Below are positions 9,315 through 17,993 of a stretch of DNA of 64,000 nucleotides, piece after piece. The DNA comes from an uncultured Methanosarcinales archaeon (GTDB taxonomy: Archaea; Nanobdellota; Nanobdellia; Woesearchaeales; CAZPJY01), in NCBI GenBank assembly GCA_964587045.1, contig CAZPJY010000002.1, forward strand, positions 1 through 64,000, in the 5' to 3' direction. Within the stretch, counting starts at the first letter, position 1. Each line of letters opens with the position of its first letter. A program made the translations under genes and the position numbers. The notes under the pieces were generated by a model. It saw only the letters and a program-made list of their open reading frames with translations, had not been told where the DNA came from and did no database searches.

Positions 9315-9351
9315 TTAATTTTATATATTCCATCTCACACAACAATAAATA

Positions 9352-9840
9352 ATGCGAAAAATTGCCAAGCTAATCCTTACCAGTGCACTTTCTCTATTCA
9401 TGGCAACACCCTTGGCAGCTGGTGATAAGGACCACAACTCGACTGTCAACGTCTGCATGGGAGTCTCCATCCAGGAGGGAAACCATGAGAACCATACCTT
9501 CACAGGAGGGGGCATCGCCCTTCGCCTTTGCAAGAGAAGCACTTACCTAGAGAGCAGGATCGACACCTTCAACGGAATCCTAGGAGACCATTCAATTTCA
9601 TCGATTGGCCTGAAATCCTACCTCTTCAGCGATGCCAGCCTGAATCCTTACGCAGGGGCCGGCGCTGAGTACAGGTTCTACCCGGTCGGCGATGGGGTGA
9701 TCAACCCGTATGTCAAGGGGGGTCTGAAGCTGTTCGACCTGGTTTATTTCGAGTACCAGCACAACATCGGGCAAGACAAGAACACTTACTATCCCAACTT
9801 TGATCTCGCAAGGGTTGGACTCGAGTTTAAAATCAGGTAA
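9352..9840 (+). CDS. Secreted protein resembling an 8-stranded outer-membrane beta-barrel (OmpA/OmpW-like)
   Basis: Sec signal peptide; LNPYAGAGAEYRF, NPYVKGGLK, VYFEYQH and terminal ARVGLEFKI amphipathic strands. Confidence 0.55.
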   Translation: MRKIAKLILTSALSLFMATPLAAGDKDHNSTVNVCMGVSIQEGNHENHTFTGGGIALRLCKRSTYLESRIDTFNGILGDHSISSIGLKSYLFSDASLNPYAGAGAEYRFYPVGDGVINPYVKGGLKLFDLVYFEYQHNIGQDKNTYYPNFDLARVGLEFKIR

Positions 9841-9872
9841 GGTTTAAATAGTATCCTGCACGTTGTAAAGCT

Positions 9873-11171
9873 ATGCTTCGTGGGAAAAAGGGGTCGTCTC
9901 AGGTCGATTGGGTCATAAGCCTGTCGCTCTTCTTGCTCTATCTCGCATGGTATTTCATCTTTCTCAAGCCGCAGCTGGAAGATAAGTATTCACTGGCTCC
10001 ACTGGCAGGCACGCTCGAAGACAGGGTGCATGACGAGCTCTACTGGAGCGTCGACAGAATACCATTGAGGCTCAGCACCAACGTGACAGGAGCTTATCAT
10101 ATTGTGGAATTAGACGTGCCATACAACTGGACACGGGACTACATACTGCTGCCTGAAGACCTTTATTTCCAGATAGAGGGCGGACGCATGCTGATGCTCG
10201 CCAACCTCACAGCCGGTGATGAGACGCTTTGGCTAATGCATTCTGACGAGCCGTACAACCATACAGGGATAGTCGAGGACATAATCGCTGAAGACAGCTA
10301 CGTATCCCTGGGCAGCGTCGAGATGAGGGTGGACTACGAAGATATGATGCCAAACAAGGTGGAATACAGGGACAGGCCGATGGTATACAGCATCGAATAC
10401 GCCCTCAACGGCTCCGGTCTGTCCATCCAATTCGAGAACTTCAGCATCACACCCATCTATGCTAAATACTGGGTGGCGACACCCCAGTTCAACCACACAT
10501 CACGGGTTTATGCGAGGAACTCAAAGGTGGTAAACGAGATAGCACTCAACGATGTTGACACGCCCTATTCCCTGTCATTTTCCCTTGAGCTTCAGGATTT
10601 CGATTACTACTTCGCCAACAACAGGGATTCCGGACTCATTAACTACACCAAGCAAGGATGCCGGACCTTCACATCGCCGTTCATGGATTTCTACGACAGC
10701 CTGGGCGGATTGGCATTCCTCTTCTCAAGCGATGCCGATTTCCGTTTCTGCTTCACCAATTCGTCAGACCTCAATCTGAACATCACCTGGCCGCTGGAGG
10801 AGGGCGGCCGGTATAACATCATCCCTCACGACGGCGACTACCTAGATGTCAGCCAGCAGTTCGCCGATGTGGCATACGAGTTCGGCCTGCTCGACGCTGA
10901 GGAAGGGCTGTCGCTCCAACTCATAGAGGATTTTTCCCAACGCGACTATGAAGACCTAAAAGACGACTGGAACATCCCTGGGGGCGTGCAGCTCGTCGTA
11001 TACAATTCGACGCTGAAGGCGTACCTGAGAGGCGAGGGCGACGTACTGCTAGACTACTCGCCCGAGACTCCCAAAGCCAACACGCAGGCCGAATCAGTGG
11101 AGAGGAACGCGTGGGTGATTGACAAGTACGGCAACCTGAGCATAGCATCATACAAGATAAGGGTGTGGTAG
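9873..11171 (+). CDS. Large pilin-like surface protein with class III signal peptide
   Basis: KKG/SSQVDW plus hydrophobic helix; many N-x-S/T sequons. Confidence 0.65.
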   Translation: MLRGKKGSSQVDWVISLSLFLLYLAWYFIFLKPQLEDKYSLAPLAGTLEDRVHDELYWSVDRIPLRLSTNVTGAYHIVELDVPYNWTRDYILLPEDLYFQIEGGRMLMLANLTAGDETLWLMHSDEPYNHTGIVEDIIAEDSYVSLGSVEMRVDYEDMMPNKVEYRDRPMVYSIEYALNGSGLSIQFENFSITPIYAKYWVATPQFNHTSRVYARNSKVVNEIALNDVDTPYSLSFSLELQDFDYYFANNRDSGLINYTKQGCRTFTSPFMDFYDSLGGLAFLFSSDADFRFCFTNSSDLNLNITWPLEEGGRYNIIPHDGDYLDVSQQFADVAYEFGLLDAEEGLSLQLIEDFSQRDYEDLKDDWNIPGGVQLVVYNSTLKAYLRGEGDVLLDYSPETPKANTQAESVERNAWVIDKYGNLSIASYKIRVW

Positions 11172-11570
11172 GTGGACAAGAGAGGATTCGTAAAAACGAT
11201 CGAGGTCATCTTCGCGATAGTGATAACCTTCATCTTTCTCGTCTATGTGGTCCCCGACAGGTTTATTTCAAGACCCAAGGAACAGACCTTCGATTACCTG
11301 GCCCCGCTCGAGATGAATCCGCAGTTCCGCGAGGAGGTTCTCAACCGCGCTGAGGGGTGCTACACCGATGACAACACCACCATGACCTTGTTGGTGGACG
11401 AGATGGTGCCGCAGGCTTTCAACTACACGCTCTGCGTCTCGGAAGACCCGTTCTACCTGGGAGAGGAGCTGCCTTCCGCAAAGGTCTCTGCCAACAGCTT
11501 CGTGATATCCAACAGCTCTGAGACCAGGGTGGTGAGGCTCTTCTACTGGGTCGAGCCCGGCCGCATATGA
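11172..11570 (+). CDS. Small pilin-like protein with class III signal peptide
   Basis: KRG/FVKTIE plus hydrophobic helix; abuts the previous gene. Confidence 0.65.
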   Translation: MDKRGFVKTIEVIFAIVITFIFLVYVVPDRFISRPKEQTFDYLAPLEMNPQFREEVLNRAEGCYTDDNTTMTLLVDEMVPQAFNYTLCVSEDPFYLGEELPSAKVSANSFVISNSSETRVVRLFYWVEPGRI

Positions 11571-11607
11571 CAAATTATTTATAGTCTGCAGGCGTCATCA
11601 GGCATGC

Positions 11608-11802
11608 ATGAAGATAACTATCGACACCAAGCATGATAGCGCAGACGAGATCCGCGAGGTCATCGAATTCCTGAAAAAGGTGGTTGGTTCCGGAGGGGAC
11701 GTCAGCGACGAGGGCGGCCAGGCGTTCGGCAGCATGTTCGGGAGCGATTCCCCCAGTAAGCCTCCGGAGGACGACGACATCCCCAAGATAGAACCTTATT
11801 AA
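11608..11802 (+). CDS. Small hypothetical protein
   Basis: 64 aa, upstream TTTATA, genome-typical codon usage. Confidence 0.65.
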   Translation: MKITIDTKHDSADEIREVIEFLKKVVGSGGDVSDEGGQAFGSMFGSDSPSKPPEDDDIPKIEPY

Positions 11803-11841
11803 GGAATACCTTTTTATACCGCCAAGGGCTCCTGCGCTACT

Positions 11842-12252
11842 ATGAGATTCAAGTTCGTGCAGGACCTGACGAGTGATGTGATGTTCGAGGCCTACGGGAA
11901 GGACGAAAAGGAGCTTTTCGAGAACTGCGCCATCGCGCTCGCGAGCGTCATATGCAAGATAGACCAGGTGCCTGCGGTTAAGCAGACCCAGATCAGAATC
12001 AAGGCGGATTCGCTGGAGGACCTGCTGATAGACTGGCTCCAGGCAATAATAGCCGCTGTCGACACCGAGATGCTGTTCTATTCCAAGTTCGAGATAAAAA
12101 AGATAACAGAGAACGAGCTAGAAGCGGTGGCCTACGGCTCGCCGGTCACCCCTGAGCTTGGCGAGACTGTAGTCAAGGCAGTCACGTACTACAAGTTCAG
12201 ACTGGAACACACGGGAAAGGTGTTCAAGGCTGTAGTAAGCCTTGACATATGA
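11842..12252 (+). CDS. Archease
   Basis: TSDV.FEAYG...ELFEN, EDLL.DWL, VKAVTYY, SLDI; adjacent to rtcB. Confidence 0.93.
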   Translation: MRFKFVQDLTSDVMFEAYGKDEKELFENCAIALASVICKIDQVPAVKQTQIRIKADSLEDLLIDWLQAIIAAVDTEMLFYSKFEIKKITENELEAVAYGSPVTPELGETVVKAVTYYKFRLEHTGKVFKAVVSLDI

Positions 12253-13661
12253 AGATGAAAGAAAAGCTGGTGAGGGAGAAGGAGTACGAGTGGGTCCTGC
12301 CAAAAGAGGTCAGGACTGGCATGAACGTCGACGCAAAGGTCATAGCCTCGTCCGAGATGCTCAAGCACATCGAAAACGAGGCTGTCGAGCAGCTCACGAA
12401 CGTCGCGATGCTCCCCGGGGTGATCGAGCCAGTGCTAGCCATGCCTGATGCCCACTGGGGCTACGGACTTCCCATGGGCGCGGTCGGCGCCTTCCATGCA
12501 GAGGATGGTATAATCAGCTCTGGACTTTGCGGCTTTGACATCAACTGCGGAATAAATCTCATCAGGACAGACCTGAAATACAGCGAGCTCGCGCCCAAGC
12601 TGAAGGAGATCATCCCTAATCTGTTCAGGAACGTTCCGAGCGGAGTTGGCGCCAAGGGAAGGCTCAGGCTGGGCCACGAAGAGCTCGATGACGTCCTCAG
12701 GCTCGGCTCAGGATGGGCGGTCGAAAACGGATACGGCGTCGCGCGCGACCTCCAGCACACGGAGGAGGGAGGCGGCATGAAGGGCGCGGACCCGCAGAAG
12801 ATTTCTCCTCTGGCCAAGAAGAGGGGCGCTCAGCAGCTCGGCACTCTTGGTGCCGGAAACCACTTCCTCGAGATACAGAGGGTTGGTGAGGTATTCGACG
12901 AAAAGAAGGCAGGGGAATGGGGTGTCCATGGTCCCGACCAGGTCCTGATCATGCTGCACTGCGGATCGCGAGGCCTAGGCCACCAGGTGGCGACTGACTA
13001 TCTCAAGATCCAGGAGCAGGCTGTCAAGAAGTACAACATCAAGATACCTGACCGGCAGCTCGCGTGCGCTCCGGCCAACTCCCCTGAAGGGAGGGATTTC
13101 TTCGCCGCGATGCAGGCGGCTGTCAACTTCTCTTTTGCCAACAGGCAGGTCATGACGCACTGGATTCGGGAGACCTTCGAGCAGGTCATGGGCCGCGACT
13201 GGGAATCGATGGGCATGCACACCGTATACGGCATCTGCCACAATGTAATAAAGCTCGAGGAGCACAAGGTGGCCGGAAAGAAGCAGAAGGTCTTCGTCCA
13301 CAGGAAGGGAGCCACCAGGAGCTTCCCGGGGCAGCCCGTCCTTATCGCAGGCTCAATGGGCACTTCGTCATACCTGCTTCAGGGGACGCAGTACGCCATG
13401 GAGGCGACCTTCGGGAGCTCGGCTCACGGCGCAGGACGTGCGATGTCCAGGCATCAGGCTCTCAGGCAGTTCGACGGGAGAGCCATCCAAACGGAGTTGG
13501 AGTCCAAGGGCGAGGTGGTCAAGGCGACAAGCCCGAGAAGCCTTGCTGAGGAGGCGCCGAAAGCCTATAAGGACGTCGACCTGGTGATAGAATCAGTGCA
13601 TGGTGCGGATGTCTCAAGAAAGGTGGCGAGGATGTTCCCTATAGGCGTGGTGAAGGGCTAG
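12249..13661 (+). CDS. rtcB: RNA-splicing ligase RtcB
   Basis: MPDAHWGYGLPMG, GFDINCG, LGTLGAGNHFLE, HCGSRGLG, HRKGAT, HGAGR, EEAP.AYK. Confidence 0.96.
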   Translation: MKMKEKLVREKEYEWVLPKEVRTGMNVDAKVIASSEMLKHIENEAVEQLTNVAMLPGVIEPVLAMPDAHWGYGLPMGAVGAFHAEDGIISSGLCGFDINCGINLIRTDLKYSELAPKLKEIIPNLFRNVPSGVGAKGRLRLGHEELDDVLRLGSGWAVENGYGVARDLQHTEEGGGMKGADPQKISPLAKKRGAQQLGTLGAGNHFLEIQRVGEVFDEKKAGEWGVHGPDQVLIMLHCGSRGLGHQVATDYLKIQEQAVKKYNIKIPDRQLACAPANSPEGRDFFAAMQAAVNFSFANRQVMTHWIRETFEQVMGRDWESMGMHTVYGICHNVIKLEEHKVAGKKQKVFVHRKGATRSFPGQPVLIAGSMGTSSYLLQGTQYAMEATFGSSAHGAGRAMSRHQALRQFDGRAIQTELESKGEVVKATSPRSLAEEAPKAYKDVDLVIESVHGADVSRKVARMFPIGVVKG

Positions 13662-14326
13662 AGCTCTATTACCTTGCCCTTCCTGCCGACATTGACTACT
13701 CTTGTGTTGCCAATCTTCTCCTCGATGCCTTCAGCCTCGTGGACGTGGCTGCAGAGCATGATGTCGGGCTTGAACTTGTCGATGGCGCGCTTCACGCCGT
13801 CGCTTCCCGGAAAGAACTTGGTGAACTTCTCCATCTTGGTCCCTGAGGGGTGGACGTGGGTGACCATTATCTTCTTCTCTAGGTACTTGATCTTCTTGAA
13901 GCCCTGCTCGAGCAGGTCATAAATCTCCTTTTCGCTGAGCTGGTGTATCCCGATGTTCGCGCCGCCTGCGCCGAAGATCCCGATGTCCTTGTACTTGACA
14001 GAATAACCGTGGATGTTCTTGACACCGTAGACCTCGGCCAGGAAATCTGCTGTCGCGACCGTCTCATGGTTGCCGGGGATCAACAGCACTTTCTTGTGCT
14101 TCTTGACGAAAGGGCCGATGATGTCGTCGGTCGACTGCTCCTGGAACGTGAGGTCGCCGCAGAGGATGACGAGGTCGATGTTCTCCTTTTCCGCGCGTTC
14201 TGCCAGCTTGTTGGCCAGGATTGAGTCCCCATGTATGTCGCCTGCGGCGAGAATTCTCAGCTTGTCTTCCCTTATCTTCTTGGTAAGGCCTGATTCATCG
14301 TTCGATGACGGATGGTTTGGTTTCAT
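13658..14326 (-). CDS. Calcineurin-like metallophosphoesterase
   Basis: GDIHG, CGDL, PGNHE, THVHP, SHVHE. Confidence 0.9.
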   Translation of the reverse strand: MKPNHPSSNDESGLTKKIREDKLRILAAGDIHGDSILANKLAERAEKENIDLVILCGDLTFQEQSTDDIIGPFVKKHKKVLLIPGNHETVATADFLAEVYGVKNIHGYSVKYKDIGIFGAGGANIGIHQLSEKEIYDLLEQGFKKIKYLEKKIMVTHVHPSGTKMEKFTKFFPGSDGVKRAIDKFKPDIMLCSHVHEAEGIEEKIGNTRVVNVGRKGKVIEL

Positions 14327-14870
14327 CTGCTAGGTTTATTATCTTCGAAGGCCGGACTTCCTTTTCTCCTTCGTATATTATCATGTTGATGTGGGTCTTG
14401 ATGTCTGGATCGAGATCTTCGAGTGAGGTCATGAAGTCCTTTCCCACCTTGTTGGCGCTGGTCGTGATTATCGGCATGTCAAGCTCACGGACCACTTCGC
14501 TGATCCAGTGGTTGGGTATGCGCACCCCTATGGTGGTGAGGCCTGGAGCCACGTTGGGCGCGAGCACCCGGTCGTTCCTGATGTTAAGTATGAGCGTGTA
14601 CGGGCCGGGTAGCTTGTCAACCCACTCGAGGGCTTTTCCCTCGACGTTGCAGTTCTCGAGTATCCATTCCTTGCTTGGAGCAATTATCGAGAAAGGCTTG
14701 CTGGAGCGTCCTTTTAGCTCCCTGATTTTTTCCACAGCAAGCTCGTTGGTGGCATCGCAGCCGAGACCATAAATGGTGTCTGTGGGGTGAATGAAAACTG
14801 CCCCGTCAGCCACATGCATGAAGAGCATCTCCTTGTTTTGGAGGAACTCCTCTTTGGTGAGCGTTTCCAT
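14295..14870 (-). CDS. tsaC: L-threonylcarbamoyladenylate synthase (TsaC/Sua5 YrdC domain)
   Basis: PTDTIYGLGCDA, K.R...KP, LPGPYTLI, GVRIP, TTSAN. Confidence 0.92.
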   Translation of the reverse strand: METLTKEEFLQNKEMLFMHVADGAVFIHPTDTIYGLGCDATNELAVEKIRELKGRSSKPFSIIAPSKEWILENCNVEGKALEWVDKLPGPYTLILNIRNDRVLAPNVAPGLTTIGVRIPNHWISEVVRELDMPIITTSANKVGKDFMTSLEDLDPDIKTHINMIIYEGEKEVRPSKIINLADETKPSVIER

Positions 14871-14910
14871 ACGCCGAAGGAAACCGGTTCTCTTTTTATA
14901 TCTTCTGTTG

Positions 14911-14936
14911 AAAAGAAAAACGGGGGCTAAGCCCCC
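14911..14936 (-). terminator. Hairpin plus U-tract terminator overlapping the micro-ORF stop
   Basis: Minus strand reads GGGGGC-TTA-GCCCCC-G-TTTTTCTTTT. Confidence 0.6.
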
Positions 14937-15082
14937 AGGTAACCAGCCATGAAACCGGCATCGCCGGGCGTGATGACGTCTTCGTCCGCGAGGTGTTCGA
15001 GTGCGTCAGAGAAGTAGATATCATGCTCGATTGAGGGCTCAGATTTCGGAATCTCACCCAGCCTGGCTCTCTTGGCCTTCAT
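14927..15082 (-). CDS. 51-aa acidic small protein (below the ORF-track cutoff)
   Basis: MKAKRARLGEIPKSEPSIEHDIYFSDALEHLADEDVITPGDAGFMAGYLGA; GC3-rich codons; followed by a terminator. Confidence 0.65.
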   Translation of the reverse strand: MKAKRARLGEIPKSEPSIEHDIYFSDALEHLADEDVITPGDAGFMAGYLGA

Positions 15083-15189
15083 AAGAAACACCATTGCTGT
15101 GTTTTAGGCTCGATTCCAATCGACCTCATCGTCACCATCTTCATCTGTTTGAAAAAGAGATTCCTTATGTGCTCCGGGCTCGTGTCCAT
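15079..15189 (-). CDS. 36-aa small protein / leader peptide
   Basis: Strong SD GGAGGTGA just upstream of the ATG; MDTSPEHIRNLFFKQMKMVTMRSIGIEPKTQQWCFL; ATGA overlap with the next ORF. Confidence 0.5.
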   Translation of the reverse strand: MDTSPEHIRNLFFKQMKMVTMRSIGIEPKTQQWCFL

Positions 15190-15361
15190 GAGATCACCTC
15201 CAATGCTTATACCCGTGGGTTCGCGGCCTTTTATACCTCACCGGGAGGGATGTCCAGTGGTAATGGGAAGCATAGGAAGAGAAAGGCTCTCCCTTCTGTG
15301 TGAGGAAGATATCAGCGATGCGCACAATCCTTTATAAATCCCTGTGTTCTTCCCCAAGTCC

Positions 15362-15868
15362 ATGGACCTCGAGTCATACGGTGTGTACGGAAAGGAAGGA
15401 AGACACCTCACCCTTGCCGATCTCCGCATACTGCAGGACGGGACCCGTGTCAAAGAGGGGGGCTGGGGGGTAGGATTGGGGGCATATTTCTCGTCCCCCT
15501 ACCACCAGTGCCGCGCCCTCGCGTTGAGCGACGGCATAAAAGCGGGCCTCGCGCACATATATCCTCACCAGTTGAGCGGATCCTACCTGGAAGACATGCT
15601 CAAGGAGTTCGGAGGCGGGGCGAGAGCAATAGTTGTAGAGGTTATCGGGGTGTGGGGCTCGTCATCCTCGGAATGTCTGGAGAAGGGCATCGAGTGCCGG
15701 ACGATAAGCATCGAGATGCTGCGCGACCCGACCATCAAGCATATGACCTGGTACCGCATCCTTCCAAGAGGTGTCATAGCGACTCCTGAGAAGGTCATAG
15801 TATTCGACGAGCGCCAGAGGTTAGAATGCAGTTTCCGGTACTTTTTTAAGGCACCTCCTGTTCCCTGA
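15362..15868 (+). CDS. Hypothetical protein, possible CheD/YfiH-like Cys-His fold
   Basis: HQCRALALSDGIKAGLAHIYP; TATA at 15331. Confidence 0.55.
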   Translation: MDLESYGVYGKEGRHLTLADLRILQDGTRVKEGGWGVGLGAYFSSPYHQCRALALSDGIKAGLAHIYPHQLSGSYLEDMLKEFGGGARAIVVEVIGVWGSSSSECLEKGIECRTISIEMLRDPTIKHMTWYRILPRGVIATPEKVIVFDERQRLECSFRYFFKAPPVP

Positions 15869-15872
15869 ACCC

Positions 15873-16484
15873 ATGCTGCAAAATCTCATCTTCGACTGGT
15901 CAGGAACTCTCAGCGACGACTTCATCTTAGTCTACAAAGCAGTGATGCAGGTCTTTAAGGAACTGGGCCTGGATGAGATCAGCATCGATGAGTTTCGGCG
16001 CGAACAGGTCTTCCCGTATCTGAAGTTCTACCATAAGTACGACCCTAGCATCACTAAGGAACAGGTCGAGGTGTTGTTCGAGGCGGCAATCCATGAGGTC
16101 GGCGATCCGAAATTGTACCCCGGAGTGGTTGAGACTCTCAGCGCGCTAAAGGAGAAAGGTTGCCGCATGGTGGTCCTGAGCACTGTTCCGCAAGGCAAGC
16201 TCGACAAGGAAGCTAAGGAGTACGGCGTAGGGAATTTTTTCCTCGAGCTCCTGGGAAGCGTCTATGACAAGACCGAGGTCGTTCATGACCTCATGAGACG
16301 TCATGGCTTCAATCCGGAAGAGACCGCCTTCGTCGCAGACATGGAGCATGACATGGCCGTCGCCAGGGCAGCGGGAGTCAAGGCAATCGCGATAACATGG
16401 GGCTACCGGACGGCTCAGCGCCTGGCGGAGGAGAAGCCGTACGCAATCATATCGAGGATAGAAGAGCTGCTGAAACATATCTAG
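15873..16484 (+). CDS. HAD-family hydrolase (phosphoglycolate phosphatase-like)
   Basis: LIFDWSGTLSD, LYPGV, K, FVADMEHD..VA..AG. Confidence 0.9.
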   Translation: MLQNLIFDWSGTLSDDFILVYKAVMQVFKELGLDEISIDEFRREQVFPYLKFYHKYDPSITKEQVEVLFEAAIHEVGDPKLYPGVVETLSALKEKGCRMVVLSTVPQGKLDKEAKEYGVGNFFLELLGSVYDKTEVVHDLMRRHGFNPEETAFVADMEHDMAVARAAGVKAIAITWGYRTAQRLAEEKPYAIISRIEELLKHI

Positions 16485-17551
16485 AAGTCCGTTATCTTCT
16501 TGCTTGTGTCCGCGGACAGTATGGTGGTGGAGCCTTCGGTCCCGCCTACAATCTTCTTGGTCTGGATGAACCTGTTGTCTGACAGCTTCTTCACTTTCCG
16601 CTGGAAAGTCTTGTATACCGCCTTGCCGCCTTCCTTTTGGTAGATGGCGAACAGTTCGCCGATCCGCTTGCCGGTGTGCTTCTTTATCAGCGACAGTATA
16701 AACCGCGCGTCCTCGTCCAGCTCTGAATCCTTCTTGGTGGAAAACTCCGTCATCTTGGCTATGGCGCTCTGAACATCCTCCTTGGTGATCCTCTTGGAAG
16801 CCCGGCTCTCGGCGGCGTTGCCCCCTTCCCTCAGGAGGTAGAGGCCCCTCCTTATGTCGCCCAGCTCATATGCCTTGTCTGCCACCACGTCGAAGGCGTC
16901 GTCATCCCACACACCCTTGACGAATGCGTACCCCAGGCGCTGCTTGAGTATGCCCTTGGTCTCCGTCTTGCTGTACTGCTTGAACTCCACCATTTCGAGC
17001 ATCATCCTGGACTTGATGCGGTCGTCCAGGTCTATGGCCCACTCCTTATAGTTCGTGATGAGCACTATCGACCTCCTGTACACCTCCTCGAGGATCGAGT
17101 ACAGGAACCCCACATCCTCGACCTTGTCTATCTCGTCGAAGACGAACACGGCCGACTTCTTGTTGACATTGTCCCTGACTATCCTGAAGAGCTCTTCGGT
17201 CTTCTTGTTGTGTGTGAACTTGTAGTCCAGCAGCTCGCAGAGCTCCGCCATTATCTTGAAGGTGGTGTTCTTCTGCCAGCAGTTGATGTAGAATGGGAGT
17301 ATCTCGTCGGTCTCCTCCTCGAGCTCGCGCAGGAGGTGCTTTATCGCCACAGTCTTGCCCACGCCGGGCGGTCCGTGGACCAGCACGTTCTTGCCGCTGC
17401 GCTTCATGAAGAGAGGCTTGATGCAGTCAGCCACGTAATGCTGCTCCTTCTCCCTGAAGGGCACGAGCTTTGGGATGTAGTCGTAGTCCAGCGCGACCGT
17501 GTCCATGAAGAGCGACTCCCCGCTGCCCAGCATATCCTTGAACATAGACAT
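16481..17551 (-). CDS. cdc6: Cdc6/Orc1 replication initiator AAA+ ATPase
   Basis: LDYDYIP..VPFRE, GPPGVGKT, YINCW, VFDEID, RIKSR, GDIR. Confidence 0.92.
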   Translation of the reverse strand: MSMFKDMLGSGESLFMDTVALDYDYIPKLVPFREKEQHYVADCIKPLFMKRSGKNVLVHGPPGVGKTVAIKHLLRELEEETDEILPFYINCWQKNTTFKIMAELCELLDYKFTHNKKTEELFRIVRDNVNKKSAVFVFDEIDKVEDVGFLYSILEEVYRRSIVLITNYKEWAIDLDDRIKSRMMLEMVEFKQYSKTETKGILKQRLGYAFVKGVWDDDAFDVVADKAYELGDIRRGLYLLREGGNAAESRASKRITKEDVQSAIAKMTEFSTKKDSELDEDARFILSLIKKHTGKRIGELFAIYQKEGGKAVYKTFQRKVKKLSDNRFIQTKKIVGGTEGSTTILSADTSKKITDF

Positions 17552-17605
17552 GTCCAGTGGTTACTGGAAGACTGTATTTATAGTTTTTGGTGCGATGTCC
17601 AGTGG
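17550..17605. repeat. ORB-like repeats at the cdc6 promoter
   Basis: ATGTCCAGTGG at 17550-17560 and 17595-17605; inverted TTACTGGAA at 17561-17569; TATA lies between them. Confidence 0.5.
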
Positions 17606-17606
17606 G

Positions 17607-17993
17607 TCAGCGGAGCTGCGTCCCGCACGACCTGCAGAACTTGTCGTTGGCCTGCGCCTGCGCTCCGCAGGATGGGCAGAAACTGGAGGGAGGCCGGGTT
17701 TGCTGGGCCGGGTTCGCAGCCTTTGCAGCCTGCTGCACCCTTAGGTCTACCCTGTTGGGCCTGTCCTGCTGCGGGCGCTGCTGAGGATGGTTCGTCTGCC
17801 TGTGGAGCTGGTGCCTATGCGGCGGGTGGTGGACCTTGCCCTTCCTCCACTCGTTCAGTCCGTAGAAGATGCAGATTATGCCGGCGATCGCAAAGAGCGT
17901 CATCTTGAGGTCGCCTGCGATGATGTTCATGGCAACGGAAGCGATGGTCACGACCGCTCCGAAGGCAACCCAGGCAGGCCCGTATCCCATCAC
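17607..17993 (-). CDS. Membrane protein with C-terminal zinc ribbon
   Basis: 2 TM segments, Q/H/P-rich linker, FCPSCG..ANDKFCRSCG. Confidence 0.8.
   Translation of the reverse strand: MMGYGPAWVAFGAVVTIASVAMNIIAGDLKMTLFAIAGIICIFYGLNEWRKGKVHHPPHRHQLHRQTNHPQQRPQQDRPNRVDLRVQQAAKAANPAQQTRPPSSFCPSCGAQAQANDKFCRSCGTQLR

Noticed and set aside
11842..13661. Archease-rtcB operon as a novel RNA repair system
   Set aside because: A well-known conserved pairing; no intein or unusual partner seen.
15241..15310. Possible riboswitch-like hairpins upstream of the micro-ORF operon
   Set aside because: Stems are short, there is no recognisable aptamer consensus, and a nearer TATA makes a long leader unnecessary.
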